Virus record (IMG/VR): IMGVR_UViG_3300022553_000001
Span: 3,250-67,249 of that record
Length of the DNA: 64,000 nt
Strand: one strand, 5' to 3'
Origin: a virus
Lineage: Duplodnaviria; Caudoviricetes
Part shown: positions 29,008 to 38,440 of the stretch, in pieces
Numbering within the stretch: position 1 is the first letter of the stretch
Layout of the letters: every line of letters begins with the position of its first letter
Notes under the pieces: model-generated
Told to the model about the DNA's origin: nothing
What the model saw: only the letters and a program-made list of their open reading frames with translations
Databases searched by the model: none
Position numbers and translations under genes: made by a program

Positions 29008-29988
29008 TTACACAACACTTGTAACCAAGTACCCCGAATCAGCGCTCGTGACCTTCGAGTCCCAATTCTGCAAGCATTCGATTACATCCTGATGTTCTTC
29101 CATTTCACGATACCGATTGACCTGACGCGCTTTCCACTGGAAAATGTAACCTGCTGCCGGGATCATAAGTCCCGGGGTCGTAGGCACATAACCAAAGAAT
29201 GCGTAGTTGCCCCAGATGTCGCCGAAGCTGTCCGTCGCGCCTTCGAGCGCATTGTTGATGACCGCCGTGCCGATGATGATCTTGTCAATGTCGAACAGCG
29301 ATGCGATCAACGCCGGAGTCAAAATACCCAGTTGTGTGTATTTGATACGATCCATCAGATCAGGATGACGACGAAGCGAAGCTAGTACTGTCGCACCCAT
29401 CACACACACATTCGGATACCGCCCGATAAGGCCACGGATTGTCTCACGAATACCACTCGATCCTGTCACATCTTTGATAGGATCACTGGTATCAGCCGAC
29501 CATGCACCGCCGTTGTTGATTGCGTTCGCAGTACTCGTGGTTGTCCAGTTACCTGAAGTTTGCACTAAGTCCGCTACGTCCTTCTCCAAACGAATCAGGA
29601 GCTTTTCAGTCGCGAACTCGGTTGCCTCGCGGTCTGGATTCAGCGGATTGTCCGCGTTGTCCACGATCTCGTCAGGAACCGTTTTCGCCGCAGCGTATTC
29701 CACTGCCGCGTACGGCCCGGGAGCAGACAGCGAGTAATCCACTCGCGCGGCACGCGTACCCGGCGCGCGTACCTTTGCCTCGTCGCGGAACCAAGCGCCC
29801 TTCTCGAATTTGAAGTACAGGTCGCTTTGTTTCACAACAGGAACGATGGGGAAAATCTGATCCGCGATGTAGTTGACGTTGCGGTAGGCAATGCTGATAT
29901 TTGTCATCGGCGCATCAATATGCACCATATGACGGGTCGGTGTCGCAAACCGCTCAATCTTTGGATCGCGGTAAACGTATTGTCTCAT
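29008..29988 (-). CDS. major capsid protein (lambda gpE-like)
   Basis: HIDAPMTNISIAYRN..IADQIFPIVPV; LRRHPDLMDRIKYT. Confidence 0.9.
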   Translation of the reverse strand: MRQYVYRDPKIERFATPTRHMVHIDAPMTNISIAYRNVNYIADQIFPIVPVVKQSDLYFKFEKGAWFRDEAKVRAPGTRAARVDYSLSAPGPYAAVEYAAAKTVPDEIVDNADNPLNPDREATEFATEKLLIRLEKDVADLVQTSGNWTTTSTANAINNGGAWSADTSDPIKDVTGSSGIRETIRGLIGRYPNVCVMGATVLASLRRHPDLMDRIKYTQLGILTPALIASLFDIDKIIIGTAVINNALEGATDSFGDIWGNYAFFGYVPTTPGLMIPAAGYIFQWKARQVNRYREMEEHQDVIECLQNWDSKVTSADSGYLVTSVV

Positions 29989-30014
29989 GTTAGTTCACCT
30001 CCTTTATAAGATAA

Positions 30015-30461
30015 TTACGATGCCACCAAGCCAAACGCGCAGGGCAGCAAGAGAACATTGATATAAGCATAGCTAGTGGCTGGACCATTCTCCAATGCAC
30101 GTGCAAACGCAGGCGATGCTGTGCCGGGCACAAGCTTTCTGCCTGCCCCACAAGCGCCTGCCGTTAAGAAGTTGCCTGCATAGATTGGACTGGCCTCCGT
30201 GCCTGCCATAGCCTGGTCATTCGACGCACTGACCAATAACTTAGTGCACCCAAGCAAGCGAACCTGCGCCTCTTCGTATTGACACGGGCTGTTTTGTAGC
30301 ACACCAACGGGATAAGGGTTCGATGCTCCCGTTGACAGAAACACTTCCTGATTGCTCGCCGAGTTCAACATCACGAACCGATACTGACGTGTACTTGCGG
30401 ACAGATCCTCTCCTGCAATGAAAGGCGCATCCGCGATTCCGAGATTGAAATAAGCTCCCAT
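30015..30461 (-). CDS. capsid decoration/cement protein
   Basis: AGEDLS..QYRFV..GVLQNSP..AQVRLLG motif; between protease and capsid. Confidence 0.75.
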   Translation of the reverse strand: MGAYFNLGIADAPFIAGEDLSASTRQYRFVMLNSASNQEVFLSTGASNPYPVGVLQNSPCQYEEAQVRLLGCTKLLVSASNDQAMAGTEASPIYAGNFLTAGACGAGRKLVPGTASPAFARALENGPATSYAYINVLLLPCAFGLVAS

Positions 30462-30488
30462 GTTAAATCACCTCCTTATAGAATTCTG

Positions 30489-31931
30489 TTATTTGTGATC
30501 GATGTGCGTGTTGCAATCACTGTACTGTCGCGCAAGGTCTTGCCGTTCGTTACCGACTTTGATGTATGCTTTAGCATACCCTTCGGCGTACGGCTCGGCG
30601 CGGAACAAGTCAATCCGCACTTTCTCTACTTCCGCCAAGAACGGGTCTTGTCCTTCACCATCGAATCGCTCAGAGCCGGTTGGCTCGAACAGTCTACTGT
30701 TTTTTGAGACCTCATTCAATTGCTTGAACAAGCCCTCGAAATAACCATAGTTCTCTTTTTTATCCGAGGTATCCGCGTCGTACATCCAGAGCATGTGCAT
30801 ACCCAGTTCGTCTTGCTTTGCCGGTAGCGCACTGAACTGCTCTGCCGCTTCTACGAACTCGACCGTCCGACGAAGCTGACGCTCGGCCGCGAACTGGTGA
30901 ACCAGCGCTTCGTGCTTGGCTTCCGAATCTGCGAGTTTAGCGGTCATCAGGTCAATAGTCGCCTTCATCTCAGTAAAGGATTCGGCTTTGGCACGCGCCG
31001 CGGCTTGCTCGGTGCCTTCGTCTGCGCCTTGATCTTTCTTATCCTCGGCATCCTGAAGTTTCTTCAGGGCATCCGCTTCCGACGCGCCAGCGTCCATCAT
31101 TTCTTTCATCTGTTTCTTCTGCGCGTCTGACATTTTACTCTTATCCATATTCCCTCCTTGTGTGGTTTCCACGTGCACTTGATGCCGCGTGGGTGAATCA
31201 AAATTTTCATCCTCAATGGTCTTTGTGCCAAATGCCTTATTTTGTTTTGCGCTGAATACCTGAACATCCTGTCCGAAGAACGGGGTCGTCGTGACCGCGA
31301 TTCCAACCAAAACATTATCAAACCACGCGCCGGTCTTCGGATCTTGGTATTTTGCGCCTTCGTTCAGGCTCCAGATAATCTCGGGGCTTATCGCGCGGTA
31401 GCGATCTTCGTTCAACAAATCCTCGCCTATTTTACTGAATTCCACACGCTCGGCATAAATGCCATCAGGTCGCAACGCGATCTCTTTTACACGCCCGATA
31501 ACCCCGGGTTGGGTCTTGTCATTACCGTGTTCCACATTAATCGATAATCCGTAGCGTGGCAATCCTTGCTTCCAGTTGCTGTAAATCTCTCGCGCACGCT
31601 CGGGCGTAATATCCAAAATACGCTCGCCGCGATAAAATTTACCAATGGGCATAATTTTGAAGGGATGCTTGAAGTCCTGCGCCATGAACCCTTCAACCGC
31701 GATGCGCTCGCTTGCGCTCATTTTCTCCGGTATACCGGTCTCTTGCACTTTGAAATATTCATATACGCCATCGGGAATCTTGAACTTCTCGCGAATTTCC
31801 TCGGCGCTATGTCCCTCGACTATGCTTGCATAACATACGGCGTACGCGTTATCCACGTCGCCCTTGGCTTCGACCTTAGCAATACAACTATCCATTTTCC
31901 CTTTTAGTTCGGGTGGACATTTTCCAGGCAT
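30489..31931 (-). CDS. Mu-like prohead protease/scaffold
   Basis: IMPIGKF, INVEHG..GRV..GIY, YRAISPE, GIAVTTTPFF; acidic helical C-terminus. Confidence 0.85.
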   Translation of the reverse strand: MPGKCPPELKGKMDSCIAKVEAKGDVDNAYAVCYASIVEGHSAEEIREKFKIPDGVYEYFKVQETGIPEKMSASERIAVEGFMAQDFKHPFKIMPIGKFYRGERILDITPERAREIYSNWKQGLPRYGLSINVEHGNDKTQPGVIGRVKEIALRPDGIYAERVEFSKIGEDLLNEDRYRAISPEIIWSLNEGAKYQDPKTGAWFDNVLVGIAVTTTPFFGQDVQVFSAKQNKAFGTKTIEDENFDSPTRHQVHVETTQGGNMDKSKMSDAQKKQMKEMMDAGASEADALKKLQDAEDKKDQGADEGTEQAAARAKAESFTEMKATIDLMTAKLADSEAKHEALVHQFAAERQLRRTVEFVEAAEQFSALPAKQDELGMHMLWMYDADTSDKKENYGYFEGLFKQLNEVSKNSRLFEPTGSERFDGEGQDPFLAEVEKVRIDLFRAEPYAEGYAKAYIKVGNERQDLARQYSDCNTHIDHK

Positions 31932-32060
31932 AAGCTATTCCCTCCTATTATTTCTTTGGAAATACCGCCGCAATCAGTGGTACAAGCGCGGCGCAATAGA
32001 TCAGCAGAAACAATTGCCAGAAACGCGGTCTACCAAGTAGCTCGCGAAATTGGTCAAAGG

Positions 32061-32552
32061 TCATTTCGCCATCTCCCTCAGTTTCTCGTCCATTATGACA
32101 TATCCCAATCCCGCGCCTGCACGTTGGAACATATCAATAATCTCCTCGACCACCTTCTCGCCCTCGACCTGCTCCATTAAGAACCACTGAAGAAACAACG
32201 CCGCTTGCGAATCTTCCAGTAAACAAAGCGCGTGTTTCTCTTTGAGTGAAGTTGTAACCTTTTGTTCCAAGTCCAACGCGGTTTTGAAATATGCCTGTGG
32301 CGCATCACTCTTGCCCAATGTTACCGCGTTCAACGTATCATAACCCGGCGCATCGCCTCGGTCAGCAATATAGAGCGCAATCTTGTCCGCGTGGCCTTGT
32401 TCCTCGTCCGAGGACTTACGCATCCATGCCGCCATGCCGGGGAAGTTCAGTGCCTCAAAGGACATTGCCATCGCGCGGTAAGTTACATGAGCGGTACGCT
32501 CTATTGTCAATTGTGCGTTGAGCGCGGCCAAAACGCTAACTGGTAACTGCAT
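32061..32552 (-). CDS. ftnA: bacterial non-heme ferritin
   Basis: LNAQLTIE..Y, DEEQGHADK, LEQKVT, FLQWFLMEQVEGE ferroxidase residues; AAGGAG SD before ATG 32552. Confidence 0.85.
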   Translation of the reverse strand: MQLPVSVLAALNAQLTIERTAHVTYRAMAMSFEALNFPGMAAWMRKSSDEEQGHADKIALYIADRGDAPGYDTLNAVTLGKSDAPQAYFKTALDLEQKVTTSLKEKHALCLLEDSQAALFLQWFLMEQVEGEKVVEEIIDMFQRAGAGLGYVIMDEKLREMAK

Positions 32553-32671
32553 CCGTCGCTCCTTGCAAAACCAGAAACTCGCGCGAGCCATCGGCATAAA
32601 TGATTATTTCAAGAACTGGATTTTTATCTTCTGGCTCAAAGTCCACGTTAACCTTGATTCGGCGAACAATC

Positions 32672-35566
32672 TCATTTGAGTTTAGCATATAATTCTTCCC
32701 ATACCCTCGGGGCTTTATAGTTCCTTGACCCTGACCTTAGTCGAGATATTTCCGCAAGCGTTTCCTCAACTGCAATTGCACGTTGCTGTGGGCTTCTAGC
32801 CCATTTCCAAAAATTTGAACTGTAAGGAGTAATTCCGCCCGCTTTCGCTAATTCATTAATGGCATTGTCAGATAAATGTCTAACTAATCCAGAACGATCT
32901 AGCTTTAGATGCGTAACCTCGTGCGCTATAATTCCACGTAATGATTTTTGGTCTTTCATCGCCTCTGGAAACACAGTTATTCTCACATCAACCGGGTCAT
33001 ATCTAGCATATAACCGTTTCTCGGGGATCGTAGTAGATGATACATTGTTATAAACTATATCATAATTACTTAATTCATATTCTTTTGCAATTTGCGATAC
33101 CAATTTCTCGCGACCAACTTTATCAATTGGCATTTTGTCACTTCCACCGCCCGGTCCACTACCACCAACTTCTCCGGGACGTCCGGCGTGTCCTGCATTG
33201 CCTGACCCAAGACCACCGAACTGCTCTCCGGCAGAAAACCGCTCGAACACACCGCTGCCCGGTGCAGTCTCGATCTTCAGCGTGCACCGACAATTGGCGT
33301 AACACGTGTCACTGCCGTCTCCAGGTATTCCTGCCCGCGCAACCATATCGTCCCAATTTTCGTAGATTCCCGCTTTATCGGGGCAAGTATTACAGTGCTT
33401 GGCATTGTCATCTAGCACACGCTCAACCTTCAGGTTATCGCCGTTTGGGTCTTCGGCAATCGCGTCACCGATACCATTGAAGATCGCATTCCAAAATCCG
33501 CCGGCATAACTGGCCACGCGCCCGGTGAACACGCCCAACGTTGCCGTGAGTGCGGCCACTCCGCCCAGCATAAACGCGGGATCGTGCATGTCCAATCGCG
33601 CACGCGCGTCAATCGCAGGGATCAGGCTGTTCTCCAGCCACGTCTCGTTGGTTGTCACCAACTGTTGTAATGTCGCCAAGCCATTAGGACTCAACGCTCC
33701 GCTCGCGCCTATCTGCATCGCGCCGAGCAGGCCCGCGCGCCCGGCATCTATTAGCATCACAAGCAGTGCCGCAAGCGCAGCAGTCAGAATTGCATTTCTC
33801 ACGGTCTCATCTTGTTCGTTTGCTAGTTTCTTGCTCGTGCTGTCCTGCCAGTCCGCATAGATCGCTTCAAGTTGTCCCTGGTATTCGTTGGTCGCGGTCT
33901 CATATTTCGCGCCACCGTAGGCGCGGCGAGTCTGTACTTGGAACTCCTCACTCGCTTTTTCTGTTGTCCCTTTCGGCATTCCGCGTGCCGGAGCCTGTGC
34001 GCCAGGATTCGGCGACTCACCCGGCTTTGGTGCTTCGACTGCTGTGCCTTTTGGTTGATCCTGTTTGTTGCCGTTCCCGTTGCCGCTCGGTACTTCGGTC
34101 TTCGCTTGCTGAGCTTGTTGCAGTGCGGCGAGTTGCGCTTGCTTACCGGCTTCTGCTTTCCGTTGCATATCTTGAATAGTCGGCGCGCCCTCAGGTATAT
34201 CAGGCAAGTGAGCAGCCTCGCGCAAATATTTCTGAAGATTGTCATCGGGTACAAGCAAATTTGCACCGACCAACTTATTCACATACTCCGACAGCGCTAC
34301 AAGATCAGGCACATTGATCTCGGAATGCTTGAGTTGCGGCATCTCGTCGTACTTAAATGTGTTGAGCTTAAGAAGACGCGGAACCGCGTGGCGCATGATA
34401 ACTTGGCAAATTATCTCCGCCCAAGCGGTATTCGACAAGATAAACATGTCCGTCGAATCCTTGCTCAACGCATATGACCCTACATTCTCCATGCCCAACA
34501 TAATAAATTCGGCTAGACAACTCATCGCCATCCGCTTCTCGTAACGCGAGATAACTTTGTCGAAGTCCAATGTCCGCGCGCCGCCCGTCGCGCTGACGAT
34601 CTCGAACAACATGCCTTTGCCATCGCCTGTCATCTTTGGATACGGGATAACTACGCCCTCTTGTTCATCTGCACGAACATCGCGGACAACTTGCTTGGCA
34701 AATTCTGTATCTGACTGCGCACCCTGTTTCGCTGTATCGTAGCCCATGTACATAACCGGGATACCGCACCCCTGCCGCTCCATTGCTATTCCTTCGATCT
34801 CGCTGAAGTTCTTGGCATAGTACCAGGGAATATACATCGAGCGAAGCAACGAACGGCCTTCCGGGTTGTTTTTGGCCACACTCGTTCTGAACAATAATAC
34901 CTTTTCAATTGGTAAAGTACGCAGAATATAATCAGGCGGCGCGATTTGGTTTATTCCCTGCACCCCGCCCGTCTCGTCCCAGATCCACTCCCTACCGGGA
35001 GCCAGAGTTTCCTGCGCCAGAGGCAACCATTTTCTCCATCCTATACGCCCGTCATCGTACTTTGACTCGGGCGATTTGTCCAAGCCCTTCCTAACTTTGT
35101 AAACTAACTCGTGGATACTGAAACCGAATTGCAGCATTGTCAGAATCTGGCTCAGCGTGTCCTGCCAACTTGTACTCATGTCCTCAAGGCAGCCGTCCAA
35201 GAAGTCGCTTAGCTCGTGATCTTTATCGTCCGGTGGCTCAAAGTAGAACTTGACACGTCGCAGGCTCATCTCAATCGCGAACAGGATTGCGCTGATGACA
35301 GGACTGTTTTCCCGCATCTCCTTATAGGTTTGCGGCGCGCCTTTGAGACGAAGCTCTTTGATAAATTCTTCGTAGACCGTACCGCCAAAACGCGTAAGGC
35401 CACTGCTACCTAGTTCCTCAAACAGTTGCGCATTGGTCAGCGGCGGAGGTGGTTGTATCGCGCCAGCCGTCCTGTATGCAGGCATCGTCGCACGGTCGAG
35501 CGATTGACCGAACAACTCTGCTCTATTCGCTTTTGGTTTATTCTTGCTGCCGCGCGGACGACTCAA
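32672..35566 (-). CDS. portal (DUF935/Mu gp29-like) fused to a MuF-like domain and a HEXXH metallopeptidase
   Basis: NNPEGRSLLR..ERQGCGIP portal core; CNTC..NCRC MuF-type Cys motif; GSGNAGHAGRPGEVGGS linker; IAHEVTH..EETLAE. Confidence 0.85.
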   Translation of the reverse strand: MSRPRGSKNKPKANRAELFGQSLDRATMPAYRTAGAIQPPPPLTNAQLFEELGSSGLTRFGGTVYEEFIKELRLKGAPQTYKEMRENSPVISAILFAIEMSLRRVKFYFEPPDDKDHELSDFLDGCLEDMSTSWQDTLSQILTMLQFGFSIHELVYKVRKGLDKSPESKYDDGRIGWRKWLPLAQETLAPGREWIWDETGGVQGINQIAPPDYILRTLPIEKVLLFRTSVAKNNPEGRSLLRSMYIPWYYAKNFSEIEGIAMERQGCGIPVMYMGYDTAKQGAQSDTEFAKQVVRDVRADEQEGVVIPYPKMTGDGKGMLFEIVSATGGARTLDFDKVISRYEKRMAMSCLAEFIMLGMENVGSYALSKDSTDMFILSNTAWAEIICQVIMRHAVPRLLKLNTFKYDEMPQLKHSEINVPDLVALSEYVNKLVGANLLVPDDNLQKYLREAAHLPDIPEGAPTIQDMQRKAEAGKQAQLAALQQAQQAKTEVPSGNGNGNKQDQPKGTAVEAPKPGESPNPGAQAPARGMPKGTTEKASEEFQVQTRRAYGGAKYETATNEYQGQLEAIYADWQDSTSKKLANEQDETVRNAILTAALAALLVMLIDAGRAGLLGAMQIGASGALSPNGLATLQQLVTTNETWLENSLIPAIDARARLDMHDPAFMLGGVAALTATLGVFTGRVASYAGGFWNAIFNGIGDAIAEDPNGDNLKVERVLDDNAKHCNTCPDKAGIYENWDDMVARAGIPGDGSDTCYANCRCTLKIETAPGSGVFERFSAGEQFGGLGSGNAGHAGRPGEVGGSGPGGGSDKMPIDKVGREKLVSQIAKEYELSNYDIVYNNVSSTTIPEKRLYARYDPVDVRITVFPEAMKDQKSLRGIIAHEVTHLKLDRSGLVRHLSDNAINELAKAGGITPYSSNFWKWARSPQQRAIAVEETLAEISRLRSGSRNYKAPRVWEELYAKLK

Positions 35567-35582
35567 TTATTCTCCCAATAAC

Positions 35583-35617
35583 AAAAATACCTGGCGGAAA
35601 TCTAAATCCGCCAGGTA
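35583..35617 (-). terminator. intrinsic terminator in the leader of the portal gene
   Basis: 11-bp stem TACCTGGCGGA/TCCGCCAGGTA followed by U5 on the - strand. Confidence 0.75.
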
Positions 35618-35678
35618 GCATCACGCCCTGGATTCACTTCGCCACGAGATATGCAAAGTTGCCTTGCCCTGCGACCAT

Positions 35679-35707
35679 ATTATACTACGAATCACCCAAA
35701 AAGTAAA
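35679..35707 (-). promoter_or_regulatory. sigma70-type promoter TTTACT-N17-TATAAT
   Basis: Same hexamers and spacing at 53856 and 60784. Confidence 0.7.
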
Positions 35708-35754
35708 GTCTCTTTTACTTTGTTACAACGCCTCAATTGCACTGTGGAATTTGG

Positions 35755-36057
35755 CTATTTCTTCTTAACCTTGACTGCTGACTCCTCGAACGAGACGCCC
35801 AGTGCTCCGCCCAGCCCGTCCACCAATCGACCCAATGCCAGCGCCACATTCCGCAACTCCAGTCCAAACTCTTGTATTTCTGCATCCCGCTTCAGATTCG
35901 CCGCATATTCATCATGTGTTGCTGCCGCGAGCGCATCGATCTTCTGATACAAGTCCATGATCCACCTCCCCAAAATTAGGAACAGTACAATCACTATCCC
36001 GAGAACGAACAGATCGAACAAAAGCAATAGAACAACATCATCCATTGCGCGCGCCAA
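35755..36057 (-). CDS. membrane protein
   Basis: Long hydrophobic helix then coiled coil. Confidence 0.55.
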   Translation of the reverse strand: MARAMDDVVLLLLFDLFVLGIVIVLFLILGRWIMDLYQKIDALAAATHDEYAANLKRDAEIQEFGLELRNVALALGRLVDGLGGALGVSFEESAVKVKKK

Positions 36058-36268
36058 AGTGATACGAATCCGGCAATTGGGTCAACAGCCACTGCCGAGT
36101 TGCCTCGTTGTAACTATTATAGCAATCCAAACACAAAAGAGCTTTATCCGGATTGGAAACCACGGCAGAAATAATCATGATCTTAAGCAAATTCATCAAC
36201 GGAGAGGCCACCGCGACCACGCGGCTTGAGCGCTTTCCACAAACATTACATTGGATTCCACTTGGCAT
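36038..36268 (-). CDS. small Zn-binding protein (paralog B)
   Basis: CNVC..LLCLDC..EATRQWL. Confidence 0.6.
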   Translation of the reverse strand: MPSGIQCNVCGKRSSRVVAVASPLMNLLKIMIISAVVSNPDKALLCLDCYNSYNEATRQWLLTQLPDSYHFGARNG

Positions 36269-36491
36269 TTTGTTGCCTCTCTTTATCTAGAGCAATCTCC
36301 AAATCGGGCCGCATCATCCTCAACCAAGCGCGCACCGCCTCTTCATAACTCGCGCAACAAGTATAACACAGCAATACTTCCCCCGAATATATATGTGTGT
36401 AAAATCCAATTGCATTCTCGAGTGGATTCCTGACAGTTATCCAATTGTCTACATACGTCCTGCAAACGTCACATTTGGCTGCAACAGGCAT
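36246..36491 (-). CDS. small Zn-binding protein (paralog A)
   Basis: CDVC..LLCYTC..EAVRAWL. Confidence 0.6.
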   Translation of the reverse strand: MPVAAKCDVCRTYVDNWITVRNPLENAIGFYTHIYSGEVLLCYTCCASYEEAVRAWLRMMRPDLEIALDKERQQNAKWNPM

Positions 36492-36503
36492 CTTGTACCT
36501 CTC

Positions 36504-36950
36504 TCAGTCTCCCTTGTGGGGTGGATAAATTTTCCCCAGCAAAGAATAGATTATTCTCAAATAGTGTTCGATGCTCTCGTTTTGCGCTAAGTTGAACTGT
36601 TCCTCCCATGCTTTGCGTTCGCGCTTAAGTAATTTGGTCTCTAACAAATTATCGAATACGCGGTTCTCTGGAGCATGTAAAAGATGAGACAGCTCGTGGG
36701 CTAAGGCGTACTCAAGTTTATCAATAGACTCCGAGCCGTTCAAATTCATCCGCGCGGTTTTCTCCGAGTAACGCCAATCAATTGCCTCGCCATCTTGTTT
36801 TAATCGCTGATAAAGTCGCGTCTGAACAACCCATTCCGAAATTTCGAGGACGGCTTGCCACTCAGAAAGCGACTTGTTTACAGCTCTACGTTTGTTCATC
36901 GATAGTTCCGCGCGATGCTTTTCCACAACAGCCCCGGCACCTGACTCCAC
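36504..36950 (-). CDS. HEXXH metallopeptidase-like protein
   Basis: YALAHELSHLLH. Confidence 0.65.
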   Translation of the reverse strand: MESGAGAVVEKHRAELSMNKRRAVNKSLSEWQAVLEISEWVVQTRLYQRLKQDGEAIDWRYSEKTARMNLNGSESIDKLEYALAHELSHLLHAPENRVFDNLLETKLLKRERKAWEEQFNLAQNESIEHYLRIIYSLLGKIYPPHKGD

Positions 36951-37046
36951 TCTACATTGGGAAACAAGTCTGCGCCAAAGAGCAAAAATAAACTAGTTAT
37001 AATAACGAACAGCACTGCGACCATGATCTTTTCTGCTTTGCTCATA

Positions 37047-38138
37047 TTATCCCTCCCTCCAAATTCTTCCCGCGCCGCATTCACAATTCAATGTCGCCAA
37101 CCCGGTGATCTCATCGCCATCTTTTGTATACAGAGTATGCAATCCGTTCTTCTTCTTGACATAACCCAAGTAGCAAGAACCTTTTCGGCAAAAGAGTGGC
37201 TTTGCGCCTTGGGGTATCTTCGGCGTGTCCTCATTGAGCCAAGACCAATCCCCGCGCCACTCTACAGTATTCACGCTCTGTTGGCTTTTCCAACGCGCCC
37301 GCTGTTCCAAAGAATACATACTCGGCCCAGTCTTTTCCATGATACCCGCGTTGATTTGTGCAATTTCTGGATTGGCATCTAGAAATCGAACTACCTGTTG
37401 CAGAGGAGGATTGATTCCTAATTCGGAAATAACTTTATTCACTAATTCCAAATCTTGGGGCGTATCCAATTCTAAGCGATAGGGTCGGTAAAATGCTTCA
37501 GTGAACTTGCGAGGGGGTACGGGATAAATGACTTGATAACCTAGCCGATAGGCATCGATATCAGAAGTCACATGTTCGCGCGCCTGGAGTATTCTCTCTT
37601 TCCACGCGCGGTCATTCGGCGGAGCCGCGGCTTCCTTGAAATCGAATTTTAACTTACCATTCATTCGCTCTAAACAATCCAATGATACCGGAAATTCCCC
37701 CGCCCCATACACTGGCACACGTTCGCCTAAGCCCCACAGCCGCGCCGTCTCAGCGGCGGGGTAATATCTGAACAGGTCGAACGCTAAATCAACTAGTTCC
37801 CAACCGATAAAGGGACAATCGGTAGTTGCGCGCAGAATTCTTGTAGTATTAGGTAATTCTTTATCTGAATTATTCAAACACTTGACCGCGCCCAAAACCC
37901 GCCCTAGCACATCTGTCTTGTCGCCACGAAAAACCTGCACTGCCTGGGGCATCAGGGTGTCTGCGATCAGATCGTCTGATTTCTCGGTGCTCGTAGCGAT
38001 TATAATCTCGTCGACTTTTTTGCAATTCTGAAATCGCTCGATCAGCCGCACCAAGTTCGGTTTGCCACCCAGATCGATCGATGCCTTGCCGGGCAATCGC
38101 TCACTATCTAATCTCGCTGTGATTACAATAATGTTCAT
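37047..38138 (-). CDS. SpsF/PseF-like cytidylyltransferase with C-terminal extension
   Basis: ITARLDSERLPGK, IATS..DD, FRGDKTDVLGR, RATTDCPF, RLELDTPQD. Confidence 0.88.
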   Translation of the reverse strand: MNIIVITARLDSERLPGKASIDLGGKPNLVRLIERFQNCKKVDEIIIATSTEKSDDLIADTLMPQAVQVFRGDKTDVLGRVLGAVKCLNNSDKELPNTTRILRATTDCPFIGWELVDLAFDLFRYYPAAETARLWGLGERVPVYGAGEFPVSLDCLERMNGKLKFDFKEAAAPPNDRAWKERILQAREHVTSDIDAYRLGYQVIYPVPPRKFTEAFYRPYRLELDTPQDLELVNKVISELGINPPLQQVVRFLDANPEIAQINAGIMEKTGPSMYSLEQRARWKSQQSVNTVEWRGDWSWLNEDTPKIPQGAKPLFCRKGSCYLGYVKKKNGLHTLYTKDGDEITGLATLNCECGAGRIWREG

Positions 38139-38440
38139 TTGTTATCAGCCCGTCGCATACTATAAATTAAAACTAAATACGCAATCATGTCGCTAGTTAT
38201 TTCCAGTAAAATATCTAGCTTCATTGTGTCTCCATCTCTCATTAAACGAACTATGTGCTTAGCAAGCAGTGACAATCCGTATTTAACTCGGTTAGTCCCT
38301 AAAAGCATCGCTCCAATATTAAAATTCAGAAATACTTGCTCCCGGCTCGCATAAGCCATGTTCTTAGAATCCAATTTATCATTCACTTCAGCAAAAAGCA
38401 CTTCTTTGCTAATCTGTAAATCTTTGAATGTTTCTCTCAT
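38135..38440 (-). CDS. DUF1599/Nmad1 (MazG-like) protein
   Basis: KNMAYA..FLNF..LAKH..SDMIAYLVL pattern. Confidence 0.55.
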   Translation of the reverse strand: MRETFKDLQISKEVLFAEVNDKLDSKNMAYASREQVFLNFNIGAMLLGTNRVKYGLSLLAKHIVRLMRDGDTMKLDILLEITSDMIAYLVLIYSMRRADNK

